Below are positions 1-12,933 of a stretch of DNA of 64,000 bases, in pieces. Position numbers and translations under genes: made by a program. This stretch comes from Dicyema japonicum (taxonomy: Eukaryota > Animalia > Dicyemida). The stretch's first letter is position 1; each line of letters starts with the position of its first letter. Location: assembly GCA_011109175.1 (NCBI GenBank), contig RDEW01000014.1, positions 744,001 through 808,000 on the forward strand. Direction: 5' to 3'. The notes under the pieces are model-generated. The model ran no database searches and had not been told where the DNA came from. It worked only from the letters and a program-made list of their open reading frames with translations.

Positions 1-779
1 AGAAAAGTCAACCAGGAAAGTACAAGGTGGCCAATTGGATTACTAAAAAGTTAAATTTCTCTCCTTGGGGATTTATGGGAATAGTGGCTGGGTTTTTGAG
101 AGACACCAGCCACCAATTTGGTAATTTCAAACAGTTGATTTAGTTTAAAAGCAACTTTGAGATTTGATGTACAAATGTTTATACTGAACATTTATTTAAA
201 CAAAGAAGATGAATTCCACGCCTTATTTCCTATAATCACGGCCTATTTCATCCGGGATGTACACCCGTTTTTCCAACTCTCGTCATTCGCTGAGAATCAG
301 TGTTTGTGGAGGTTGTCTAATACTCACTAATGTTCTAATTAGCTTATCGCTAGTCTTCTCCAGCCTGTACGGTTTGTTCAACTGCCAACCAAGGCCAGGT
401 AACTTGGTGGTTAGGATCTTAGAATATAACAATGATTTTTGGTTCGATTCCCCTATTGGCTATTTGCTAGAACATTTCCTTAACTTTTTTATGTTCTCTA
501 TCTATTATAGTTTTATTAGAGTGGCGTTATATGATCCTCTTCTCTCAAGTGCCAGAAGGGTACAAAAAGGATCATTTACTCTCCACTGGAAAACTTCCCA
601 CAACTTCAAGGACTCGATGCTCTACTACTTTTCCGTTGGTTCTGGATGACAAGACAAAACAAAGTTTTATTTACCGACAGACCCAAGACTAATTAAAGTT
701 AGAACCAGAAGATCCGAAAGAAGAGCCTAAAACTAATTAAGAATGTTTGTATCTTCTAAGTGTGGTTAGTTCGATAAGA

Positions 780-1610
780 CACCTTGTGTCTTTTTTTTGT
801 TAGAAAACCCCAAATCACATCACACGTCTCCACATGTGGCTTTATACTTCTTCAATGTATGCAAAATATATAAAGGAAGGTCTTCGGATTCAGATGAAAT
901 CGAAATAATGCATCCCCGTCGCTTTCGCTCTTCGTATCTGACATGATCTTTGAAGGATCTTCTTGCATCAACGGACACTCCAAGATATTTCAATTTTCCG
1001 AGGGCTTAATTTTTCCTGTATCCACATAATTCTCGTTCTTTCTGTTTTAGCTATCCAACTGACAGTGTATTTCCCTCGATAGATTTAATCCATTGTCTTT
1101 GTACCAGGTTTCGAATCTTGAGATCTGAGCTTCTACCCTCTTCCATGACATTTGATTGGTTATGTTTGAGTCGAGAATATGTCGTCAGTATAAACAAGCA
1201 TCTGGGTATTGGAGTTCTCTGTTTTCGGCACTTCACTCATTACACAGTTAAGAGAAGTGGACTAAGAATAGAACCCTGTGAAACTCTCTTCTTAGCTCTA
1301 CCTTTTTAGAAATATGATCTTCGACACCTATGTAAGACTCTTCCTGAAAGAAAGTTTTCTATCCACAAAAGTGCCGCTTCCAAATGTTTGCCTTTGACAA
1401 CGTATCAAGAAGTCCAAGGCGCCAAACACTGTCGAATGCCTTAGATATATCCAGGCACACTGCATAAGGAACTCCATTTTATATGCAGAATTTTGAATCG
1501 ATTTCCGCAATCCGTGAGATAGTAAGTACCCTGTTCCCTTATTCTGACGGAATCCCCATTGGTTATCAGTTGGGAAATTGTTTTCTCCAACAACATTCGA
1601 CAAATGGTTA
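780..1610 (-). mobile_element. Degraded APE-type non-LTR retrotransposon, RT region
   Basis: Minus-strand motifs across broken frames: NQWGFRQNKGT, LDISKAFDSVW, VSQGSILSPLL, VYTDD, KYLGVSVD. Boundaries approximate. Confidence 0.8.
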
Positions 1611-1624
1611 CTTCAAATAAAACA

Positions 1625-2120
1625 CTAACAAATTATGCACCTCTCTTAACCCTAATGGAGATTTAATCCCCCAAAAAAACTTTGTCAAGTTACTGGGTAT
1701 CACGTACGACCGCCGCAGTAGACATGTTAACAACATTATATCCTCAATCCAATGGAAACTAAACTTTGTAAAGACACTTCTTGGACACTACAAAGGATGC
1801 TTCAACTCAACGTTAAGCTCACCCTATACGCAATACATACAACCGAGAATCAGCTATGGCTGTGCTGCATGGGAGACAAACCTGTCCAATACGAATCTGA
1901 GAAAGATTAATGGCTTTCAAGCAACATTCACTAAGACTCTACAAAGGTTCTCTTCATCGTCGCTAAGACTAACTCGTTTCGAGGAACTTGTGGGCAGAGC
2001 GATTGCCATATTGTCACCGCCAAAATTTCCAAAAGTGACTCGTGCATACAGGAAGTGAGTCGGTTCTCGTGACGAACATCAAGCAAAGATGAGACTGCTT
2101 AAGGAGGCCGGAATGTCCTT
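1625..2120 (+). mobile_element. Degraded LINE, RT thumb/C-terminal fragment
   Basis: VKLLGITYDRR and YTQYIQPRISYGCAAW motifs in disrupted frames. Confidence 0.65.
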
Positions 2121-2356
2121 AACTTCCGAAATATATTAAATTCTAATTATTTACCTTCGCCAGTTGTCGTTTATGATAACTATCGAGATCAACTATAAGT
2201 CGCTTGTTTTCGCGGGCATCTGAGTATGGCCAGGAGACTTTCTACTCAGGCTCGTTATTTTGTGATTCTAAAAATATATACGTCAATTAAATATGTTGCT
2301 TTATTCGCTTACAGGTCAATAAAAATATAAATATACGTCAGGCCAATATTTGCAAA

Positions 2357-4605
2357 ATGCTAGCAATATTTTTATTTCATCTTACATCACAAAGTATTGT
2401 AATCGAAGTACCGAATATAAGCAACACTAGATCAAATGAATACTGGTGTTACCAAACAAAAGCTCGAGATTATTACAGCACAGATAAACTTTTCATAAGT
2501 AAGAAATTTAACCTAAAAAAGGTGGATTTGCAGGAATGGGAGGAAACTCCCCGCCACATCATGCAATTTTATTTTTATGCCGAAATCCAGTCAAAAATGA
2601 TCGTTTATGGCAAATCTATTATTATTTAATTTTCAAGGAAAGGGTGCGAAGAAATCTATAAGTTTTGTGGGGATAACATCGAGTTATTATTTTCTTGGGG
2701 TCCAAAAAGTTCACCTTTACATTTCCCTGAGAATATGGGATTTAAGTTGGCTAGAAATGATACTTTTATTCTTCAAATGCATTTCGGGCAATTAGAACAA
2801 GGAAAGAGTACAATTTGACTTATTTTAAAAGAGATCCTGAAGTGGTTCAGTTTGAAACTATTTTTGAAAAAAATCAAGTTAAAATATTTAATATTTAAAG
2901 AAAAAACTTTAAAAGAATTGGACTTTCTATTCTGGCGAACCAAAATTTTACAATTTCGCCCGCCAAAAAAAGTAATTATAATAAATCACGTTACGATGTT
3001 GAAATACGTACATCGTGTCGATATACGGGAAAAGATATCTTGTACCCAGTTTTATTTAGAGTCCACACTCATAGTCATGGTATTTATAATATTCTCTCAA
3101 ATAGGTCTTTTCGTATCAAGCTTCGTTTTCTCGAATAAAGCCACAAACGGTACTCTGATAGGCTCAAGTAGTCCTCAGTGGAATCAGGTGGGCTTAAATA
3201 CACTTTCTTAGAGTTTTTATCCAGCAAATAGAAATGCGGCAATCTTTCCTGGAGATATAATTGTACCTTAAATTTCGTTAATGTTAAGCTATCCACGTGT
3301 CACTTTAACTCAGAGGACGAAGACAGAGCAATTTTTGCTGGGTGGAATCATAACGATGAAATGTGCAACTTTTATTTGATCCATTATTCGAAATATAACC
3401 GAAGGAGTTCATTCACGTGTCTCAAAAATTTATATGATGAATACTTCAGTGAAATTAGAGAGGTTATACCTACGGAATATGAATCAAAAATTGGATTTAT
3501 CAACGGTTTACCAATATTGGGGACACAAAATAAAATTGGTTGAATAATAATGAATTTTAAGCATTTAAAATTGAAAGCATTACTACAAGAAATGAAATAT
3601 ACGAAAAATCCGGAGTTAGGCTGGGGGAAATATCCTCAATAAGCGGTAGATGATGCAAACGGGATTTACATTTTTCACCGAGGACCCAAAAAGTGGAAAA
3701 ATAAGTTTTTCGAGTGATAAGTCTTAAGAAATTCGTTTCAAAGTTTAATTAAAGAAAATGCCATTTTGGTTCTGAAAAATAAAAAGGTCCTCCAATTCGG
3801 GGGAAACTTGTATTTGATTAATTATTTAAGGTTCACTATGCCGCATGGAATATTTGTTGACGACAATATTTGGACAGTCGACGCTGCTAGCAATAAAGTT
3901 TTGAAATGATAATTTAGATTTTAAAATTATCATTAAACGAGTCTTCGAAGTCGTCAAATATCCAACTAACAATTAAACCTTTCTTTAATGGAAATTTTTG
4001 TGTTCACCGACCGATACCGTGGTTTCGCGGAAATTTGTTTTCATTTCATCAGGGTACCCAGTGAGTAAATTTCAGGTATTGTGATAACTATTTGCTCAAA
4101 TATGATAAAAGTGGAGAATTCGTCAAAAAAGTCAATTTATCTGAGGTAAAAGCTTCGAGTATTCTGTGTTAATTATATTCAGTACCACATAGCCTCACTG
4201 TTAACGATGAACGTGAAATTTTGTGCGTCGCTTTACGGGGGTTCGGGTTCTATCGCTGCTTTGACTTTGACTTAAACGAAATTGAAGAAGGCGGAACATT
4301 TGAAAATGACTTGATGGCAATTTCCTTCGATAATTCCATAAATGGTATTCCTGGTGTTTTATTTTTGCCCTATTTTTAACAAATGCCAGTTTACCTGCCG
4401 ACAGATCTGACATTTTTGTCCACTTTTTTGATTCCAATAGAACGTTAAAGCTAGATCTCGGTGATGTCGTACGCTTTGACTTTATTTCTAGAATCTGCCG
4501 GCTATTCATGATATTGCTGTTAAAGATTCCACAATATATGCAGCTACATTGAATCAAAAAAATCCTGTGGCAATTTACAAATTTGAAATAAATCAGTTAA
4601 CTTAA
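2357..4605 (+). CDS. PAM: Bifunctional peptidylglycine alpha-amidating monooxygenase (PHM+PAL), about 640 aa, 14 micro-introns
   Basis: Introns: 2499-2521, 2610-2637 (GC-AG), 2808-2831, 2878-2900, 3080-3104, 3188-3211, 3263-3288, 3539-3561, 3705-3728, 3810-3830, 3898-3917, 4054-4075, 4159-4182, 4469-4491. The spliced product has a short hydrophobic N-terminus (likely signal peptide). PHM motifs: HHAILFLC, LQMHFG, RVHTHSHG, DEMCNFY. PAL motifs: IYIFHRG, MPHGI, SGYC, IPHSL, AIHDI. Three 1-nt indels must be assumed (about 3640, 3996, 4365). Confidence 0.92.
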
Positions 4606-4699
4606 ATATTTAAAAATTTTATTAACTTCCCAAAGAAATTAAAGTTACAGCTTCCTGTGGGTCTGCAATTTATTAGACGAAAGTAACAAATCAGACGTC

Positions 4700-4880
4700 A
4701 GTTGCACTGACAGAGAGCATTGCCGCGAAAGACGTTCACGGAGCTAATTCCGCTCCCGAGGATCTCGCAGCCTTTGACGAGATTGCGGTTCTAATTTTTC
4801 GGAGAACACCCAGCTTATTTCCCCCGAAATAAATCTTGTAAAACGACAACGAAACTTATTAAAGGCAGCCATTAACTAGT
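4700..4880 (-). mobile_element. CRE-like (REL endonuclease) retroelement 3' fragment
   Basis: DPRERN..RERLS..RGNAL resembles the C-terminus of the better-preserved CRE-like copies in this window. Confidence 0.6.
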
Positions 4881-5099
4881 TCCTTCGGTCGCAGAATCCT
4901 TTCAATGCCACACAACTCCATCCAGAACCAACAGAAAAAAAAAATTGTCCTTGCAGTTGTGAATCCCTTCCAGTACAATGAGGAGAACAAGCAATTCTTC
5001 TTCGTCCCATCCTGCCACTGGGCGCCATCTGAGATAGATCACATGACGCCACTATATTAGAAGAGGAGGTAAGGGGAAGATAGGAAGAGAAATCTTAAA

Positions 5100-5170
5100 C
5101 CTAGTAACCAGCAAAAAGATTCGAACCCAGGATCCATGTTCAGGTACGACTAAACGCTAGGGCACCTGGC
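5100..5170 (-). repeat. tRNA-like head (possible SINE or tRNA pseudogene)
   Basis: Minus strand GCCAGGTGCCCTAGCGTTTAG (A-box-like) followed by GGGTTCGAATC (B-box). No complete cloverleaf. Confidence 0.4.
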
Positions 5171-5352
5171 AAAGTTACAATAACCAGAGATATTAGTTAA
5201 TTATTCATTAACCCGAGATCACCGAGAAAGAAAGACAAAAGAAATGTCAACTAGGTAGGTGATCCCAGTTCCCGCAACCAAACGTGCCAAGAAATATTAG
5301 TTGTTGTTATTAAATAAAAAAAATATAAAATAAAATAGAATTTATATTAAAT

Positions 5353-5978
5353 TTATTCAGTCAGTTTTTGAATTTTAGACATTTTGACCAACAATAGGGC
5401 AACCGCATGTCTTAAAATACCAAACTGATCCACACTAAACTAAAAAATTACATGTCCACTGAAAACTTGACAATCCGCAGTGGATCCGTCGTTCCTTATA
5501 AACCGAACACAAATACAAGGCTCCAGCACTCTCGAAAGACAATTAGATGAAATTGTAACCGCAATGCGCCATTGGATTGAGCAAAACCCAATACCACGTG
5601 CTCTCTTTTCTACCAAAAATTCCTTAAATCCTCTGTAAATGAAGATAAAGTTTACCGCTCAGGAAATTTCGATATCACATTCAAAAAGTACCTGAGCTTA
5701 AAAAAATAAACTAACGTGGGAATTTCGCTATCTTCAATATTTTTGGTGAAATAAAGACGAAAAGCTTCAGTAAAATACGAAACTGCAAGGTTTATCTCTT
5801 TTTGGCTCATTCTAGTTTTGAGAACTTTCAGCCTTTCGTTTGCTTTGGAAGAATTTATAAGACACAAATAAGCGACTGACTTGTTTAAAACATTTTTACC
5901 CTCACATAATAGTTCTATATCATCGATAGAGTAACTTTGTATTTTTTCTACTACTTGAATAGATCCTAACGAGGTCAT
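5353..5978 (-). CDS. COMMD5: COMM domain-containing protein 5
   Basis: Introns 5692-5715 (in-frame, probable), 5633-5655 and 5440-5466. C-terminus WRIAVTISSNCLSRVLEPCICVRFIRNDG...FSVDQFGILRHAVALLLVKM matches the COMMD5 COMM domain pattern. Confidence 0.85.
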
Positions 5979-6099
5979 ATATATTCAAAATAATTATTTA
6001 AAAAATTAAATAACTTATAATTATTTTACTATTAAAAACAGAATTTCTTGTATTGGTGTCGAAAATTCTGGAAAGGCTGGTTCTTGCGAAAATCAAAAG

Positions 6100-7210
6100 T
6101 TTCTTCCCGGATTTGTCATTTTAACATGGTTTTAAAAAGAAGAGGTCTACTTCGACCCACTTATCTGCATTGACTAACTTTATACGATATGGTTTTTCGC
6201 ACATACTGGGAAACATGAAGACTGTACTTTGCTCCATAGACGTCCACAAGGCTTTCGACTCTGTGTAAAGGCGGATTCTTACTTGGAAAATTTACCAAAC
6301 AAAAATCCCTGGAAAGCTCAAACTCTGGCTAGCTAACTTCCTTAGTGGTCGGAGGGGACGTGTCTGCATTGGCCGTCAGGGTTCATTTCACGGCTTCTCT
6401 AACGGGGTTCCCCAAGAATCCCTTTGTCTCCATTTTTATTCAACATATTCATGGCGGACCTTCCCATTGCAGACTCCGAAAATGATATTATTCTAACTTA
6501 TGCCGACGACATCGTCATTGCGTCACGCGATCAGGACATCCAGATTTCCACTTCGAAATTGCAAGAAAATCTGGACCGGCTTGACAAATGGCTATCGAAG
6601 AATCGCCTAACTACTAGCAGTGAAAAGTCCGTCACAACCCTATTTACTTCAGACAAGAGACTGGGAAGACGGACGGTCGAACTAAAGGCAAACAATGAAG
6701 CTATTCCTTACAGAAAATCTTAAAGGATCCTTGGGGTGACTTTTGACATGCGTATGTCATTTTCTCCCCATGTTGAAAACGTAATTACGATATGCGAAAA
6801 GAAAACTAATGTTCTGAAATGGCTCACAGGCTTATGGAAGATCGGAAAGCATTCTGTTTTGAGTAATGTATATAAACAATTTATTGAACCATGCATCTCT
6901 TATGCATGCGGTATATGGGGTCTACTCATCTCTTGGACAAATGTCTTGAAGATCGAAGCTAGCCGGGAAAGAGCCTCCAGAGTCACGGAACGCTGGATTT
7001 CTGGAGAACTCCAGCCACCAATACCCCTTGAAGCCTTGATGAGAATGTACCACGGATCGCGCCGTCGTGATTGCGAAGGTCCAGTCACTCGACCGATACG
7101 TGCTTGTACAGGGACGAGAGAGGAGCATCGGGCCAAGATGAGGTCCCTGCTAGAGCGTGCTGGGATCACGTGATTAGTTAGTTTGTGTGACCGTGGTCTC
7201 TGGTGTTGTT
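6100..7210 (+). mobile_element. Ingi/Vingi-like LINE, 5'-truncated and degraded
   Basis: IDVHKAFDSV, NGVPQESLLSPFLFNIF, YADD, ILGVTFD, YKQFIEPCISYACGIW. ORF ends AGIT* followed by TTAGTTAG. Confidence 0.85.
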
Positions 7211-7247
7211 ACTATTTTTGTGGGTATTATCATAGACTGTTTTTCAT

Positions 7248-10200
7248 GTGTGTCAAAAAAACGTGGTTGTTGTGACGGTTGGAAAAATGGTTCAAAAAGT
7301 TAATTCAAAAGGATCGAAAAGTTCGACATTAAAAGTTTGCACTTCTCAACGATTTACAGGATCTACTACTGTCAAAATTTTTGAAGAGGAGATCAAGACA
7401 GTTTGCACGTCTACAGAAACTGAAAACAAGTCAGAATTCAGAAAGGAGGAGAAAAGGAACCTTTGTGAACATGTGAATGCTACTTCACTTTTTGGTCTTG
7501 GAAACCATTGGTTCAGTGAAATCCGAGTGAGACCGTCCGAAATTGTGTTGAAGAACCTACCTTTATGGGTTGATGATAACGACCTTCATGAATTTGTCAA
7601 GGAATTAGCTCACTCTACTACGAGCATATGCCGTTTCTACAAGGGAGATAGGAGACTCCGTTTTGCAAAAGTTCCACTTGTATCAAGGGCGGAGGCTACA
7701 TCGCTTGTCCGTCTTTGTTTCAACATTGCCCACGTGTCAATTATTTGTCAATGGTACAGAAGTGCCCCACCGAGGTGATTCAACTGCCAAGGCTATGGAC
7801 ACATATCCTTCTTCTGTAAAGAGAAGACAAGATGTCTCTCTTGCGCAAAGGAACATGACCTGACATGATCTGAATGCTTGTGAAGAGACTCCTGGGAACA
7901 CAATGAATTGCATGAATTGTGGCTCGTCATCACATTGTGCCAGATGTGGTGGATGCCCAGCAGCCAAGAAATCTGATCAGAAAAGAACAGCTAAAAACGA
8001 TGGACATGCGATAATAGGAGATATTGGGAGAACGTGGACAGCAAAGACAGTTACGTCAAAATCGGCACCTAAAATTCGTCGAAAACCGACGATGTTCCAC
8101 CCAATCTATCAGAGAAGATATACACTGAAATATCGGAGATTATGTCGCGGCTAAACTATTTGTGCTCGGTTGCACATGTAGATTTATTGGAGATAGTGAC
8201 CTTAAGGTGCTAGTGAATGCCCGATCCCTAGAGAAAATGCATAATGAACTAGCATTACTTGCGAGGGCCTCCTAGATCGACATCTTGGTGGTCAATGAGA
8301 CGAAATTAAAGAAAGCGAAGATTAATAAATGACTGGATATAATTCTGTGGACGTTTTATGGAAGGCTGGAGCAGTTGCTGGTACGGGAACGTCTATTTTC
8401 TACCGGGACTGCCTCCGAATTCGTAATCCAAAAGTCGTTTGTGATGTATTGTGTGAATTTTTAAACATGGACGTTAGTTGCGACGGAGTATGGATTAGTG
8501 TTGGAGGTCTATACTAAGAATCTTGAGACTTGTTCTACAGATCTCTGAATTCTACAACAAGAATCCCTATACTATCTAAATTGGCTATCTTAATTCGAAG
8601 AACACTAGTTATGGTTGTTGCAAGACAAATCAGGATGGAAGACGTTTAGGGTTATTGTCTGATTCATTTGTCGCCAGCTCTATCTATGTGAGAAAGCCAA
8701 AAACTCTATGGGATATCGGGAGCGACCATATTCCACAAGAATTGTTACTAGTATGAGGCCTGATGTTATAGAAGATGTTTTCTTGAGGTTCAACATATCT
8801 CATTTGGATTGGGCCCACTATAGGGTCTTCATATCCAATAATTTGCATGTTCTACCGAGAGAGTTTTCAACCATAGAGATATTAATACTGCAAGTCGAGA
8901 ACTAACGAATCTCATGCAGTCATATCTTCACCTATATGCACGAAGGGTTTTCTCAAAAAATAATCATTATTTTGTGTCGCCAATTATTATGAGGCTTTTT
9001 CGTGGGAGGAATCGCCTAAGGGCAAAGTTAAAGGCGTTGTGTCGACAAAATAGACAGGGAATTCATATCTGCCAGGATCAAGATGATAAAGAGGCAATCA
9101 GCAGTATATGGAAGGAGGAACTGACCGTATATGGAAGACTGAGGCTGCGAAAATTGATATGAAGAATCCCTCTTTTTGAAAATGCTATCAGAAGATAGTG
9201 TGTCCGAAGTCGAGAGCAGGAAAAAATTATATTGAATAAACCAGATGGGGGAGTATGCATAACGGAAGAAACACCTTTGATATTCAGAGATCATATCCAA
9301 AAAATTCAGGGTGTATCCGTAGAGTTTGATCCCTGATGACAAAAAGAAGGTGTCTGCCGATATATTTAAACACTCCGACAAGGAACTGCCTATTGCTGAT
9401 AGCACTGTCAGCGTCATGGAAGTGATGACGGCTATCAGGGAATGCAAGGTCAATGCTTCAGGATATGATCACCCAGGGATGCCAAAGAAAGATCCAGCAA
9501 GCTACAGACCAATTGGCTTAATATGTTCTTTCGCGAAAGTGATTGAACCCTCTTAGAGAAGACTAGGAGAGCTGCAATTAAGCTCTCCTTACACAAGAAA
9601 CTGAAAGACTGTCTGATCGAGGACGAAAACAAGCTGTTAGAACCGATTAGCAGGATTGTGGAGGATCGGATCAATGGTTTCAAGAGTAGATCAAAGATCC
9701 AGGACACGCATATAAAGCTGGGAGAAACGTCCTGAAAAAAAATTAAAAAAACGAGGAAGGGTCCAGGTGTGGAGTCCAAGCCTTATGGTAGGACTCAGAT
9801 GTAATACCCTCCAGACAACTCCCTAACTCTTTTGTTAATAAATCGTTATTGTTGTTGTTGTGTCACCTGCTAGTGGAGAAAACTGCCTACATTTGTAGAG
9901 AACAGACCAAACTTACGTAACCGTTAGTCTGCGTAACATATTGACAAAATTTCTTTTTGGATGGACCAAAATCTCCTCATCCCTCGTAACGTAAAGTCAT
10001 CAAAAACCTTTTCACTACAGACCGCTGTCAATTCAACTTGCAACCAACGTTATATCTAAACAGCGGTTAACTTCCTGTGATTAAATACTCTAAAATACTT
10101 GGTGTGATATTTGATATTTCCTTAGTTTCAGAACATGTCCCGTATGTATGCGAAAAATCTCAGAAGATCATCTTACTCCGTGCAGTGGCGGGTACTTCAT
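7248..10200 (+). mobile_element. Degenerate two-ORF LINE: gag-like ORF1 (RRM-like plus CCHC knuckles), then APE and RT
   Basis: ORF1 7248-8150 has IVLKNLP and (C)FNCQGYGH..C, CLSCAKEH, CMNCGSSSH knuckles with in-frame stops. ORF2 remnants: VNARSL, IDILVVNETKL, DPASYRPIGL, LKYLGVIFD. Confidence 0.8.
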
Positions 10201-11699
10201 TTGGCCAGAGCAAAGAGAGCTTGACCATTATTTAAAGACAATGACTCTATTGATCGGGAAAGTGACGCTAATGGTCGGGAAAAAAACAAATGATTCTTAC
10301 TTGGAAAATTTACCAAACAAAAAACAAATGATTCTTATTTATTCTAAAAATAGTTACCGGATGTCTAAAAACCACATCAACTGACCACCTTCATTGGTAA
10401 TCAAAAATTCTCCAATTAGGAACCATTTCGCGATTCTCAATCTAAAATTTTTGACAAATGTAAAACCCCGGGACATCCAGCTCACTGTCTCCGGGTCTCC
10501 ACAAACGAAAGGAGAATTATTTTTACCTTCGGTGATCAAATTCGGATTTACGAACCATCCCAGAGACTGAGTCCTTACAGTCACGTCAGTAATCAATCCA
10601 TGACTGGAAATCTAGTAAAGCCGTCAGAATCCTTGGTATTAACAAACTTCTGGGACGTATTTCACCCATTATTGGCGGAACCGAAACTTGCCTACCACAA
10701 GAAGTTCGTGTCCACTTGGCGTGATTACATTCGTATCTTTACAGAATTGGACAATCATCATCTCCACTATGCCCATGATGCTTTCTTGACAACCAAAAGA
10801 CGAGTCATATTTTCTCTAGTCCGGTCCACCTCTGAGTTCTGCACAGATCCAATTACACCTGTCGGATCTCTGGGGGCGTCCGTATTAGCTGTGACGTTTT
10901 TTAGCCACCAGTTTCTTTCACTTAAAGGGACCGGGGTTAAATAAATAAATAAAAATCATTCAAACTCAATGTACACTATTTCTTTTGTAGGCACAAGCGC
11001 AGAGAATTCAGGGAAACTTAGAGGTCCTTCGGTGAGTAAATGACGAAGGTGGCAAGGGCAATAGAGGGAACCGGGACCATCTAATTAGTTCAGGTGACTA
11101 ATATTTTTTAGCCCTTCCGCCGAGAAGTAATGATTTCATTACTTAAACCTCAGATTGGGCAGAACTTACTTTATTTATGAAGCAGAGTTATGCTAATTAA
11201 TCCAAAACATTGGAAATGTTCTCAATTTATGCTTAAGTGTGCCCTGAGACAATCCGGTTCTGCAGTAATGGATCACTGATGATCACTCGTCGATTATTAA
11301 AAACCTGTAAATTGTTGGGCGTTGTTACATTGCTCCACAGCCACAGATGATCATTTAATGGACAAGTTCCCTATTGTAAACCTCTCGAGGGTTTTGAACA
11401 ATAACCGTGTTGCAAACGACAGGTGATGAGCACGGCGGATAATTTTTCTAAACAAGTTTTGGTTTTCTAGCTTGTGATTTTCAATAGTTGATAAGTTTTA
11501 TGATTTGTACAGCATTACGAAGAGACCAGCGACTTCCCCATTTGAAGATGTCGACGATTCAGGCATCTGTATTCCATCAGGGACATAGCGGGTTTGATGG
11601 TTAGTTTCGATATTATAAGGTTTCCCGACCATTAACGTAACTTTCCCGACCAATAGCGTAACTATAATTTTTAAGGGTAAAAAAAATTTTTTTAAGAGT

Positions 11700-12050
11700 A
11701 AAAAAACTTTTTTTTAATTTTCTCATTTTCAACACCTTCCTCTGGAAACATATTTTTCCACATGCTAAATAAATTATCAATTGGATTGAGAAATGGCGAG
11801 TAAGGTGTAATGGAATATGGAGATTGTCTGTAAATGATGAATACAGGTATTATCAAAGATATCGGGTCTTCAATTCCCTCTTCATGACAAAGATTTTTTA
11901 AGGATTCCGGAAAAATTAGTCATTGATGCAATTTTGGCCCCTACGGGAATATATGTAGAAAATCCTGAAATAGCTCATCCTCGTTTTGGTCTTTAGGATA
12001 ATGAAAATCCGACCTCACAATAAGTTTTAAGCTTTTTTTTATCCAAAAAT
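11700..12050 (-). mobile_element. Tc1/IS630-type DDE transposase remnant
   Basis: TPYSPFLNPIDNLFSMWK at about 11760-11815 matches the PYSPxLNPIE motif. The rest is degraded. Confidence 0.55.
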
Positions 12051-12933
12051 ATATTTACCCTTATCCCATGTTAATGTTAAATTAAAATTATTCCAAAGAC
12101 CAAGGTTAACCAAACTAACTAACTCCTTGATCCTGACTCGTTCCAGAACTTGTTTCCAGGTAACGAAGTTGTCCCTGGAGAAAGAATAAGTGGATCCTCT
12201 TGATGCCGGCAAGGCATTGGACGTCTCCTCAGTAAGGTGGATCCAATGACGCCATCGGAGGGGCCGCGCGGCCATGTAAAATAATTAGAAAGTTACATTA
12301 ATGGTCAGGAAACCCTATATATCAACATATGGATAAAACTAGGGTTGTCTGAAACCCTCAGGTACTTGGTGGTCGCGACTAAAATCATGAAACCTAATCA
12401 TTCTTAGAAAATTAAGATGGTTGAAATTGATTAAACCAAGTTCTTCCAGCGAAAATGGGAGACATTATGTCATAGGGGAATAGAACGTTTTGTTTGAGAT
12501 CCTGATAGGCATTTTTCGCTTTATAAGTATAAATGAAAGGCTGAGGCTTTATGCGAAATCATTATATAGTTTGTGTTGCCGAGAACCCACATCACTACGA
12601 ATGGTTTGCGAGCTTATTGTGCCCTTGATTCCCAGTTGATTGTATTTATACCAACGAGTTCGTTAACCATTCCGCTAATTTCTATATTTTTCTTTATTCT
12701 GTTCTTTCCCCCGTTTTAATAAAGTAGCATCATGTTTCAGGTCACACCCAGTGCCAGGTGTTATAAAAAAGATCACTTACTATCATTTCATTCAATAGAC
12801 TGAACATTTTCTTCCCTTTCCAGTGGTTCTAAAAGGAATAGTGTGATACGTTCAAGTCATAGTTACTAGTAAACATTATAGAACCCCATATCACCAACAT
12901 ATCAGCTCACAAACACATGCAATCAAAAATCAT

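Noticed and set aside
3361-3543. Stand-alone monofunctional PHM ending at TGA 3543
   Set aside because: The stop lies within a 23-nt GT-AG segment whose removal leads into PAL. Kept only as a possible retained-intron isoform.
3630-3660. Euplotes-style programmed +1 frameshifting as the explanation for broken genes
   Set aside because: Shift sites lack an AAA-stop context and include both insertions and deletions in homopolymers.
3909-3938. Possible AT-AC (U12-type) intron in PAL
   Set aside because: It gives the wrong frame; the canonical 20-nt GT-AG intron 3898-3917 restores homology.
11621-11662. 21-bp tandem duplication TTTCCCGACCA(T/A)TA(A/G)CGTAAC as a regulatory element
   Set aside because: Two units only, next to a transposon remnant; probably a terminal repeat relic.
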